Origin: Camelus ferus
Lineage: Eukaryota
Assembly (NCBI RefSeq): GCF_009834535.1
Contig: NC_045698.1
Span: 7,380,001-7,444,000, forward strand
DNA length: 64,000 nucleotides
Direction: 5' to 3'
The notes beneath the pieces were generated by a model. It was given only the letters and a program-made list of their open reading frames with translations, did no database searches and had not been told where the DNA came from. Each line of letters opens with the position of its first letter. The stretch's first letter is position 1. This document shows positions 38,030 through 48,754 of the stretch, one piece after another. The translations under genes were made by a program, and so were the position numbers.

Positions 38030-38483
38030 TGTTATGGGTTGCGTCGCCTCCCCCCGTCCCATATTTGTATGTTGAGTCCTAACCCCCTGGGCCTGAGAAC
38101 GTGCCTTTATTCAGATAGAGCTGTTGCAGATGTGATTCGTTAAGATGACCTGATACTAAGTAAGGTGTGTTTCTTATCCAGTAAGATTGGTATCCTTACA
38201 AAAAAGGGAAATTTGGACACACACGGGGAGAATGTCATGTGAACATGAAGACAGACTCTGAGGTGAAGTGTCCACAAGCCAAAGAACACCAAGATGGCTA
38301 GCAAGCCCTCGGAGGCCAGGCGAGACCTGGACAAGATTGTCCCTCACAGCCTCAGAAGGAACCAGCTTCACCCACGCCTGGATCTCGGGCTTCTGCCTCC
38401 AGAACTAGGAGATGATACATTTCTGTTGTTTGAGTCATTCAGTCTGTGATGTTTTGTTACAGCAGCTCGAGTAAACCTATACA
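38030..38483 (+). mobile_element. MaLR solo LTR, MLT1B-like
   Basis: tgttatgggttg...gtatgttgagtcctaacccc...gggaaatttggacac...ccctcacagcctcagaaggaacc...aaacctataca. Confidence 0.92.
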
Positions 38484-39068
38484 CCCCACAGAGAAACAGA
38501 TTCTGATAACCTCCAGGACGTTACAAGGAGTTTTCCAAGTTGGAATGTTTGATCCTTTCTTCCCGATTCCTGCCTTCATTTAAAGAACAGTTTTTGGGCC
38601 CTTGATACAAGTTGGGGAGCTTGCTAAGCCCTTTAGGAAACTGATCACAGCTTCCCTGCCCCCAGGAGTCCTTACTTCTTGGGGAGAGAAAGAGCCCCCA
38701 AACCTGATATGTCATTAAGGCTGTCTCCATGCTCAGTGCTGGGGGACTGCAGAAGCATGTGCGTGTGTGAGTCATGTGGGGGTTCTCTCAGTAAATCTGT
38801 CACAGGTTTTGTCCCTGTCACTCTAGAAGGAGAGGCTGAAGGAGAGAGAAAAGAAACTTGCAGAAGTGTCTCTTGGCTACGCCCTGCCGGGGCAGGGGTC
38901 TTGCTAGTCTTGCTGTCTCTGGAGAAGGTTTGGGCCTGCAGAGGGGCCAAGCGTTTCTAAGGCCTCTGCAACCTGACCCCTGGGGCCTGCTGACGGGGGC
39001 GGTCCTTGGGGATAGATTTCTAGGAACATGCATTGTGAGACAGGGGAGAGGGTGGTCAAGGCATTTTT

Positions 39069-39443
39069 AAAAAAATTGAAGTGTAGTTGATTTACAATAT
39101 TGTGTTAGTTTCTGGTGCACAGCATAGCAATTCAGTTACACATACATATTCATACTCTTTTTCATTATAGGTTATTACAAGACATTGAATATAGTTCCCT
39201 GTGCTCTGCAGTAGGACCTTGTTGTTTATCTAGGTATATATCCACAATGGAATACTACTCAGCCATAAAAAAGAATGAAATAATGCCATTTGCAGCAATA
39301 TGGATGTACCTAGAGATGATCATACTAAGTGAAGTAAGTCAGAGACAAATATATGATGTCACTTATAAATGAAATCTAAAAAATGATACAAATGAACTTA
39401 TTTACAAAACAAAAACAGACTCACAGACAAAAAAACAAACTTA
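39069..39443 (-). mobile_element. 5'-inverted (twin-primed) short LINE-1 insertion
   Basis: Minus-strand L1 3' end at 39069-39232 joined to a plus-strand upstream L1 segment at 39233-39443; TSD tggtcaaggcattttt/tggtcaaagcattttt. Confidence 0.9.
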
Positions 39444-39639
39444 TGGTCAAAGCATTTTTACAAGAAAAATGTCAGAAACGACCTCATTGTTTCACAGTTG
39501 AGGATACTTTAATTGATTGCTGTATGTCCACACAACAGAATATTATGCAGGCATTGGAAGTTACATTCTGAGGGATTTTTAATGCCTGGGGAGGCTGCCT
39601 GTGATGGGTGGGAAATACTGGGGTTCAAACAGTGCCTGT

Positions 39640-40110
39640 GGTGTCCTGAGACTTGGGAGCCTGGCCACCTTCCTGGGTTCAAATTCAGACTCACCATTTG
39701 CTGGCTGCATGACCTTGTGTGGGCGCCCACCCTCCTTCCTACCTTGGCTTCTTCATCTGTAACGTGGAACAGCCAGAGTGCCAACCTCGTGGGCCATGGT
39801 GTGATGTCAAAGGAGCTCTCGATACGAAGAGCTCTGATTTGTGGCATTTACTGATTTCCATGGAGGTAATATTTCCATCACAACCATTGTCAAACTCCCG
39901 ATGGTTTAATAATTGACTCACAAAATTTCTGAGAACTTAATAATCACCTTCACAAGCTAGTAGGGATGAGGGGATGCTGGTTGAACACACCACGCTAGGG
40001 TTACTGTGAAGAGTAAATGAACACGTGCATACAACACTCTGAGCACCGCCGAGCAAGAAAGATAAACATGAGCCATATTGCCACGCTATTATACTTTGAG
40101 ACGCATGACA
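39640..40110 (+). repeat. MIR SINE interrupted by a MER63-like hAT fragment (about 39860-39995)
   Basis: cctgggttcaaattcagactcaccattt...cttcatctgtaa; ggtttaataattgactcacaaaatttctgagaacttaataatc; MIR tail gttactgtgaagagtaaatga. Confidence 0.55.
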
Positions 40111-40648
40111 AACATAAAGTAGAAAAAGCGATGCATGTGCCAATGATGATGATGTATTATGAACCGAGGGTGATGGTTAACCCAACTCTGTACATCTGAG
40201 ATCCAAAATATAATTTTTAAATACGTGTGTGGCTAAGGTGGAGTTCATCAAAGGGCTGAGCGAGGGATTGTGGGCAGCATGTGGCAGTCTGAGTCTCTCT
40301 CCAAGGTTTGCACAATGAACACATATGATGTAATCATTTCACTCAATTTAAAAGAGGGAGGAGTTCTGAAGATGGGGATGTCATCTCTTTGGAGCAGGGA
40401 CTAGGAGTAGAGCCCTGAGGGTGTTGGGGGAGGCCTGGCCAGAGGAGGGAGCCCAGGGTAGAGGCACCTTGGCTACTGCAGGGCCCAGCCTCTCACCCTG
40501 GGCCGTTAGGTGGCTGGATTTTCAGGACACCTCCAGCCACTGCGATCTAAAGGGGAGAACTTCTCTGGGCATATCCTGCCTCTTGGACATATCCTGCAAA
40601 AGGAAGCCAGCCACCTTTTGGCCTGGGGCTGTGGGTGTTGCTGTTGGG

Positions 40649-41088
40649 TGTATGGGGTTGAACAGTGTCCCGCCCACCCCTGCCCAATTCACATCTACCT
40701 GGAAGCTCAGAATGTGACCTTATTTGGAAATACAGTCTTTGCAGGTGTAACTAAGATGAGATCACGCTGGAGTAGGGTGGGCCCCTAACCCAGCAGGATG
40801 CGCCCTTGTGAAGACAGAGCCACACAGAGGAGGCCGGGGGACAACGGAGGCAGAGGTTGGGGTAGCGCGGCTGTAGGCCAGGGAGGCTCAGGGACGGCCA
40901 GCAGCCACCGGAGGCGGGGAGGGAGGCTGGGAGCAGGTACTCCCTCAGAGCCTCCAGAGGGAATCAGCCCTGTGGACACCTTGATCTGGGACTCCTGGCC
41001 CCCAGAACTATGAGAATTCATTCATTTCTTTTCTTTAAAACCACCCAATTTTTTGGCACTTGGTTACAGCACTTGAGAAAGGAATACA
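40649..41088 (+). mobile_element. MaLR solo LTR, MLT1C-like
   Basis: cagaatgtgaccttatttggaaatacagtctttgcagg...gagtagggtgggcccctaa...ctcagagcctccagagggaatcagccctgtggacaccttgat. Confidence 0.92.
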
Positions 41089-41239
41089 CGGTCCGAGGCC
41101 GCTGTGCTGAGGCCGGCAGAGCTCCCCACCCTGGGCACTGGTCCCTGCCCGGCCCCCAGGAAGGCTCTGGGGAGAGTGGCCCCAGGTCACGGCTGCCCTG
41201 AAGGAGACAAAGCAGCCTCTTGAGTGCACCTGAGCCCCG

Positions 41240-41440
41240 GGCAGGCGCGGAGCGCAGCTTTCTGAGAACATCGTTCCTTTCTTCACAAACCTTCCGATTT
41301 GCATGGAAAATGAATCCTTCCTGACCTATGTGATGCCCTGCCTGCACTGATCCGAGTTGGCCCCCAACAATGCACAAAAGAGAAAGAGAGAGGAAGAAAA
41401 GATTGCCTCAAGGTGAGAAGCAAGATGCTGACTCAGCAGG
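41240..41440. promoter_or_regulatory. Candidate enhancer: STAT, Oct, NFAT, Sox and Maf motif cluster
   Basis: TTCTGAGAA 41260-41268; ATTTGCAT 41297-41304; TGGAAAA 41304-41310; AACAATG 41366-41372; TGCTGACTCAGCA 41426-41438; unique CpG-containing sequence. Confidence 0.5.
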
Positions 41441-42239
41441 CCTTTCCCTGGGCCAGGTGGGGGGCCGGTGGGGGCCGGGGTGCGGAGGGGCTGGAGCCCA
41501 GGCTGGCAGCAGGCAGGCACCCGGGGCCCGCGGCCACCCTCTCCGGCTGTGCCTCTGGGCTCCCACGTGCCCCTCCGAGGCCAGGGCCGCCTCCCTAAGC
41601 TCTCGCCCACACCCCACCGCTTCCCTTCCTTCCTGCAGCTCGCTCATCGGGGATGATCGTCCTAACCCAGCAGCTTAATAGTCACTTCAGAACTAGATGG
41701 TGGAAGATTAAGGGCTGCTAATTTGGAACCAGGGACTGATGTTCTATTAAAAGCAGAGGCTTTGAGATCTGTTTAGTTTTTTAAAAGTAAGCCATTTTAG
41801 AAACTCTTCCTACACAAAAATGATGAAGTCAGTGGCATCTGTCCTCTTTCCGCACACGCTTCTTCTCTTGTGCCCCCTCTTTTCCAGCTTCTCCAACCCC
41901 TTCACCCAACATCAGGGCACAGAGGACACAGCTGCCACACCCAGGCCCCTCCAAACGGGTCACCGCCTTTAAAGAGATGCGCCCCATCCTTCTAGGAGTC
42001 TAGGGTCAGAGAGGGAAACGGGAGGAGAGGACCCCTGACCGTCCTGCAGTGGGGGCCCAGGGATCCTTAGGTGGACAGTGACAGAGGGTGCCCCGGAGGG
42101 GTGGGCTACTGCTGGGGTGAGCAGGCCTGGGAGACACCCACCTTCCCTCACTCCGCATGCAATTGGACTCCAAAGAGGAGGCAGCTCTGTGGTGCAAAAA
42201 TTAATGCTGAAGCTGGCTAGGAAAAGGAACTCCACTTAC

Positions 42240-42429
42240 TTTCTTATCTCTATGCATGAACCGAGCAACTGGGCAGCGAAGTAATTTTGTAGAGCAGCCG
42301 TGTGAACACACACACAGACACACACACAGGCATGCATGCCTTGAAGAGGAAATTTCTGGTTTTCTCAGCTCCAGAGTGAATAAGGTATGCAGAATTCAGG
42401 AGCCTGAGGGAACCGATTTCAGCTCCACT
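42240..42429 (-). other. Candidate spliced exon, probably non-coding (190 nt)
   Basis: Minus-strand acceptor tcttttctgcccccag|A and donor AAA|gtaagt; no recognisable peptide. Confidence 0.3.
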
Positions 42430-43149
42430 CTGGGGGCAGAAAAGACGTAGAGTCTTTTTTTTTTTTTTTTTTTTTGGCTTTTTGTTTTGGAGATTCACCC
42501 CAAACTTGTTTTTCTGCCCCATCATAGAAGCCTTTTAATGCATCAGCCAAGCTGTTCCTCCCTGGAAACCTCTCTCCCTGTGAGGAGGCCTCCTCTTTCT
42601 TGGTGGTAAATTCCAGGACGTTCACTTGGGGGCGTAAAACCTGCTGTGTAGCTACCAAATGAAATCGTGATGCTATGAAAGCCCCTGGGGCAGAGGAAAC
42701 AGGGATGCAGTGAGGGCAGCAGAGGTGCAGAATTGCCCACAGACTCTGCGATGATCAGTCGTCACCAATGAAATTAGGAGCAGGGACTCCTGGGCTGGGG
42801 GAGCCTCTTGGCCCAAAGACCTCCATGTGGTGGAAGGACAGCCTCAGGACAGCCCTGCCCTGGCCAGACGAGCCTTGAGGCAACCCTGTCCTCTCTGACA
42901 CAGGCCTGGAAGGGTGCCGAGCCAGTGGGGGACAGGAGGGGACAGAACCAGGACAGCTCAGCCAGGGGGACATTTGAGGGTAGGCTTCTATTCCAACATC
43001 CTACCCTTCCTCAGCAACTAGAGGGGTCAGAGTGTCCTGAGGCAAATCCAGTGCTAACCCAGTGTCCTGTGGGTGGGGTGGAGGGACGGCGGCGCCCCCA
43101 CAAACAACCCTCCCTCCGCCTCTGATGTCTTCTTTTTCTAACTCAGTCC

Positions 43150-43385
43150 CTTGAAGTGTAATACCATTTATACTTTACATAATAGAATTAATAGCATTTT
43201 ATAATACTATAATTTGGTTTTATATACAGGATAATAATTATCTAGTATCATTTATAAATATATATTTATATATAGTATTAAGAGATAAAATTTATAAATA
43301 TATAATACATATTTATATATAGTATTTCACACAGTATAATGTAATTTATAGGATTATGTAGTTTATACTATATACTGGTCTATAA
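43150..43385. repeat. AT-rich low-complexity tract
   Basis: Almost pure A/T with repeated tttataaatatata / tttatatatagtatt units. Confidence 0.85.
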
Positions 43386-44039
43386 TTTTTGACAAAAATG
43401 TACAATTATGGAATTACCATCATAATCAAGACACAGAGCAGACCCACCCCTCCCTGCATAATTACGCCTCTTTGGAAGGTGGCCCTCCCCAACCTGCAAC
43501 CCCCATCTTGAAGTGTTCCCCACCCCCAGCCTGGCTTCTCTCACAGACATTGTCGCAGGCACTGCGTCGCTGGCGAGCGGCTTTCTCAGGGTTCCTATCC
43601 CTCCTCTAGTATTTTTTTAAGCTTAAAGATATTATTTATACCCAAACCAGACTTTATTTTAATTTTGCTTTCCAGGCTTTAAGAGAAGCAAACTCAGCCA
43701 TAATATTTGAAAATATACTTTCTATTTACCTCATTTTCAACTGGGAAAATTGCTGTATTTGACAGCCAGTCAAGACCTGGAGATGGTCTTGAGTCGTTTT
43801 GAATTCACTTCAGCCTCCCCAAATGTGCTTTACAGGGCCTCCCTGGGGCTGGTATGATTAAAATAAACAAACAAACCCCAAAACATCAAAGTCCACTTCC
43901 AAATTTAGATCAGGTGGTTCTAAGCAAAATTCCTGCCATATCTAAGGTCTTTTCATCCCAGATTGGACGGTCACCACGACTGCACTGAGCGGCCCCCTCC
44001 CGGGAGAAGGGCCCCTCAGCCCCACAGCCGATGGCAGCT

Positions 44040-44300
44040 TCGGGAGGGAATGAGGCTCTCATTACTGCTAATTAAAGATTTCACATGTTCCACCAAACTG
44101 TAACCGGAAAGCGCGGCACATCATTCCTGCTGGTGCTTCTCTCCTGGACTTTTTTAAGCAAGCGCTTATATAATGCAGAGCTGGCTCGGTGCCGGCCCTG
44201 CTCACTCACAGCCCCCATCAGAGGAGCAAGGTGACATCTCCCTGGGGCCACGAGTTACAGAGGGAAGCAAACACCTCCGGAGGGACGCCTGTACGCCTAG
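44040..44300. promoter_or_regulatory. Candidate TATA-containing core promoter or enhancer
   Basis: Palindromic TTATATAA 44166-44173; ETS-like ACCGGAAA 44103-44110; TEAD-like CATTCCT 44122-44128; CTAATTA at about 44068. Confidence 0.35.
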
Positions 44301-44854
44301 TGGTCGTGTACAAAGGTCCCAGCGGGAAGTTCTCTTTCTAGTCCGGTGATAGTCTTCTCCTGGGGACCCTCCTTTCTGGCCCACCCCCAAGGCCTGGGGG
44401 AGTTGACTGCAAGGGGGAATCCAACTCCATCCCCTCAAGGAGGGACCAGCCCAGGCTACACTCCCAGGGGTCCTGAAGCCAGCAGGGCACAGAGCGGGGT
44501 CCCGCGCGACCCAGTCTCTGACTCAGTGCTGCTGCTCTAGATGGGGACACTCACATCATGCGGATTGTCCCCCGAACCCCTCCCACAGCACTACCCCTCC
44601 ATCCTTCCTAGAGGTCCTATTGTCATTTGCCATAAAATACATGCCTACTAGATCAGCCTCCTCTGCCCTGCCCCCTACCTGCCGGTCCGGCCTGGGGCAT
44701 GTGGGCTGGGCTCCGAGGATGCTGGGATTTGGGACAGCAAAGCCTAGAAGGAGCAAATTCAAGGTGGGGGGAGTGGCAAACACAGAGGCAGGAGGAAGAA
44801 AGACACGATGTGTTCAGATCCTTGTGACTCAGGAAGTTTGACTGCAGCAACCTC

Positions 44855-45110
44855 CCGAGAAGGAAACGGGAGGGGGGGGGGGAGGAGTAGGGGGGAAGGA
44901 TGGAGAAAGCCGGGGGAAGGAGTGGGGGAGAGGCGAGGTTAGGAGGGTGAAAGGGGGGTAGTGGGGGAAAGGGGAGTGGTGGAGAAGGATGGGGAGAGAG
45001 GAGGTAAGGAGAAGGGTAGAGAGGGGAGAGGGAGGGGAGAAGGATGAAAAGGGAGGAGAGCGGGGGAGGGAGGGGGAGGGAGAAAGGGAGGGAACGGTAA
45101 GAGGGGCTGG
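44855..45110 (+). repeat. G/A-rich polypurine low-complexity tract
   Basis: About 250 bp of almost only G and A with many G3-G12 runs. Confidence 0.9.
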
Positions 45111-45244
45111 GAACAGGCCAAGTTGGAGGAGCTCTGAGGCCCAGCTGAGGAGCTGAGATGTGGACCACGTGTGCCTCCTGCACCGACCCCTTTTTATTCT
45201 TCCTGCCTAATAACTAAATGAAGATTGCAGGAGGTGAGAGGGTT

Positions 45245-45560
45245 GCAGGGCCAGTCCCGCAGGAAAGGGGTGGGCCTGGGATCGCGTCTCCTCTCCCCAT
45301 TGGGAGGGCTCAGGCCGGGAGCGCAGGGTCTCCGACCCCTGGCCCCGATGAAGCGCTGATTCTAAGATGGGAATAAAGTACTTGACAGACGAACACGCTA
45401 TGTGAGTCGGACGGGAACAAAGGGGCCCGCCCCCGCTCCGCCCCCGCTCCGCCCCCGCTCCGCCCCCGCTCCGCCCCCGCTCCGCCCCCGCGGCTTCAGG
45501 CAGAGCGCAGGCGCGGAGCCGCGGAGAGCCGCGTCCACGCTTCCCTCGCTCATTGTTAAT
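45245..45560. promoter_or_regulatory. Small CpG island / GC-box promoter-like element
   Basis: Densest CpG cluster in the window; tandem GC boxes; NRF1-like GCGCAGGCGC 45505-45514. Confidence 0.6.
45427..45491. repeat. Tandem repeat (CCGCCCCCGCT) x5.9
   Basis: Five exact 11-bp units plus 10/11 of a sixth. Confidence 0.97.
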
Positions 45561-45695
45561 GTTATTGCTTATTACTTTTCATGTTGTGCTGCTTCCAGGG
45601 AGTCAGGATAAACATTAGCGTTAGGATTGCTTTGTGTCCTCCTCCCCCTTCTACACACAAACATGCGAACCAGTTCCTTTAAAAATAGACTGATA

Positions 45696-45954
45696 AGTAG
45701 ATAAACAACAAATTCATACTGTATAGCACAGGTAACTCTATTCAGTATCTTGTAGTAACTTATGGTGAAAAAGAATATGAAAACGAATATATGTATGTTC
45801 ATGTATGACTGAAGCTTATGCTGTACATCAGAAACATGTACATCAGAAACATATGTACAGAAACATACATCAGGACACAACATTGTAAACTGACTATATT
45901 TCAATAAAATACATATATATATAAAATAAGTAAAATTTAAAAAGAAAAAATAAT
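45696..45954 (+). mobile_element. Short young LINE-1 3' end with TSD
   Basis: TSD aaaaatagactgata (45681-45695) / aaaaacagactgata (45955-45969) at a TTT/AAAA endonuclease site; tagataaacaacaa...actgtatagcacagg...cttatggtgaaaaagaatatgaaaacgaata. Confidence 0.92.
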
Positions 45955-47164
45955 AAAAACAGACTGATACAATTCAGTCTGGAGAAGCACACACTTGACA
46001 GTTAGCTTAGGGAGAGTTTATAAAAGCCGAGTCTGGTGAAACAGGTTGAATGAGGAGTCTCACTTTTGCACTGTGGAAAATTGAGTAGGCACGTACCTGG
46101 AGCTGAGGCATTTGCAGGTCATCCTGGACCACTGTGCTGGTTGGTCCCCACCATTTCTACTTCTCCAGTTGACTCTGAGACTTTCCTGGCCCTATTTCAG
46201 CTGCAAATTAGGCCAGCCTGTTTCCAAGCCCTGCTGCTGGGCGTGCCCCTGCTGTGTCTTGGGGAACTTGCCTCACTCCCACACCCTGATGGTCGCCTTC
46301 TGGGCCTCAGCTGAGTTGGCCAAGGGTGAGTGGGCAGCCAACCCAGGAGAGATCCCTGCGTGGCCTGCAAAGGAACTGGCACAGAGTGCCTTGACCAGTG
46401 AGGAGATCACTGGACCAATCAGCTTCCTGGTTCCTGGAATTCATCAGGCAGGAGCTAAAGGCATCGTCCCCTAGGGGAGCAGGGGCCACGGATCCCTGGC
46501 CCATCAGAGTGAGTGGGGAGATGGTATGACCAGAGAAGGATGTGGGGTGCAGGGTAAGAAAACCAGCCCTGGGGACGGCTACAGGAGACAGGACAGATAT
46601 GGCCTGACCTGTGACAGACAACCCTAGGTCAGTTGCAGTACTGCCTTGACTTTTGGAAGATCCTATTACCTCTATGACTATACACTCTACCCCTGAATCT
46701 GAGGGGCCTGAGAGAGCCTCTGCCCCTTGGGGGGGGGGCAGTAAAAAGAAAAATCAGCCTCTGCCAAGGTTTTTAAAATGCAGAATGGAACGGAGTCAAT
46801 CAAGATCAGAGCCCTGGTGCCTGGTGGCTCCTGGGGGTGGGTACTCACCGCCAAGCTGATCTCGGCTCCTGCAGCTCTCAACCTTATACACCTACCGGCA
46901 TCCCACGAGTAGTTCTATTAACTCTCAGGTGAAACCCAACTCTATTCCAAGTCTTTACAGATTTCTCAAGTGCCTACTGTGTGCAGGGCACTAGGTGGGA
47001 CCTGTGGAGGATGCCAGGATGATAGATGTGGTACCCATCTTCCATCAGGAGAAACACAGGAAGGAGACAGTAGGGAATGCAGGCATCCTGGAGTCCCTGA
47101 AGGCTGCATTAGTGATGGTGGCACATTACTGCTTATAGTTCTCTGATCTCAGCAAAGAGACTAA

Positions 47165-47775
47165 GTAAGAACCCCGCAGTGCACAGTGGGAAGGCGGACA
47201 AGGGAAGAGTAACATTACAGTGGAAAAGCCAGACAGATGCTTCCTTGGCCAAACAACCAAGGTCAACATCAACAGTGATAAGTCATGTTGATAGTGAGGA
47301 CCTTTGATAAGATGTGATGAAAATGGAATTTACCTCTATAGCCTTCCTCCCCCAAACCTATCATCCTTGTCTACTCATCAGAGAAACATCAGGTAAATTC
47401 TGATAGGAGAGCGTCCAACAGTATACCTGATGAATTCCTCAAAACTGTCAAGGTCATTGGAAGCAAGGAGAGTCTGAGAAACTGTCACAGCCAAGAGGAG
47501 CCTAAAGAGACACGACAGCTCAGGGCAGTGGGGGGGGGGGTCCTTGGGTGGGCTCCTTCAACAGAAAATGAATATGGGTAAAATAATTAAAAAAATTTGA
47601 ATAATCCATGGTTGTCAGTTAATAATAATGTATCAATATTGGTTCATTATTTGTAACAAATGTACCATGCTAATTTCCATACTAATAGGGGAAACTGGGT
47701 ACAAGGCTTATAGGAACGTTCTGCTCAACATTGCTATACATCTAAAACTGTTCTAAAATATAAAGTATTAAAACC
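47165..47775 (+). mobile_element. L1MC-like 3'UTR
   Basis: gtaacattacagtggaaaagcc...caaggtcaacatcaacagtgataagtcatgttgatag...ctcaaaactgtcaaggtcat...ctaaaactgttctaaaa. Confidence 0.88.
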
Positions 47776-47799
47776 CAAAACCTGGAAAACCCTGCGGGA

Positions 47800-47953
47800 A
47801 TGAGGTTTGGGATGGCCAGTCTGTGAACCAGGATCTCTGCTCTCCAGGTATTTTGACAAGCTCTTCAGTATCTTTTTTAACAAAGCCCTTTTCTGCTTAA
47901 ACCAGCTGCAGTGGGAGTTCTGTTGTTTGCAGCCAAGAACCTAGACTAATACA
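47800..47953 (+). mobile_element. Old MaLR LTR (MLT1I/J-like) 3' end
   Basis: cccttttctgcttaaaccagc...ttctgttgtttgcagccaagaacctagactaataca. Confidence 0.7.
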
Positions 47954-48754
47954 TACATTTACATACAGCATTTAAGAAAAGAGCTGCAGGAGATTTGGTG
48001 CCATTTTCCATTTTGAGTTACAATCATTTCACAAAGGCAGCATAAGTGCGTGAAGGATCCGGGGACAGAATCAGGACTAATGAGATACTATCTGCAGAAC
48101 ACTGAGCTCCCTGGAGCTACTGAAAGGCAAGCTGTAGGTATCATCATCATGAGAGAAAAAACAAGCTTTGAAAACTTTGGCAGGAAGGCGGATATAAGTG
48201 GAAATCAGTTCAATTACTCTCTCCTTTCAAAAGAGACAAGTTCTATAAAAGTTAAAGATAAGTGATTTTTTTTTCCTGGTACATCAAATTCTCCCTTACT
48301 TCCTCTGTCAAACATGGTTGTTCTGTGATCGATTATTTTTGGTTAGGCTCCCTATGACAGTCTATCTGAGCAGCTTTCCTTTCTCTGCTTCCAGATTTTC
48401 CAGCAAAATATTCTCAAATTTCAAAATTGACTCCCGTTTTGAGGGGGAAAAAGTATATGCTTTCCTTTAATGTCATTGGAAATTTCAAAACAAATAACAT
48501 GATAAATAAAACCCAATACATGGTAATAGTAGAAGAAAATGACATTTTTCTCTCTAAAGATACTTTTTAAAAATTGTTAGCTGATATAAAATAAGAGTTT
48601 GTATTTGTCCCCCCTGCAGGGGAGGGAAGCGAGTTCATCATGGCCCTTCCCACGTCAGTTCTGTTAGGCTGTTTTTTTCCAAAGCCCATAGTAAGGAAAA
48701 AAATCAGACACGTGTGAGTGAAAAACAACATCACAATAAAAATGCTTTCTCCTT

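Noticed and set aside
44653..45183. 176-aa Pro/Leu/Ser-rich ORF
   Set aside because: Translation of the polypyrimidine strand of a low-complexity tract
45402..45611. ORF with repeated APAPPPLRPR
   Set aside because: Product of the 11-bp GC repeat, starts at GTG and has no coding support
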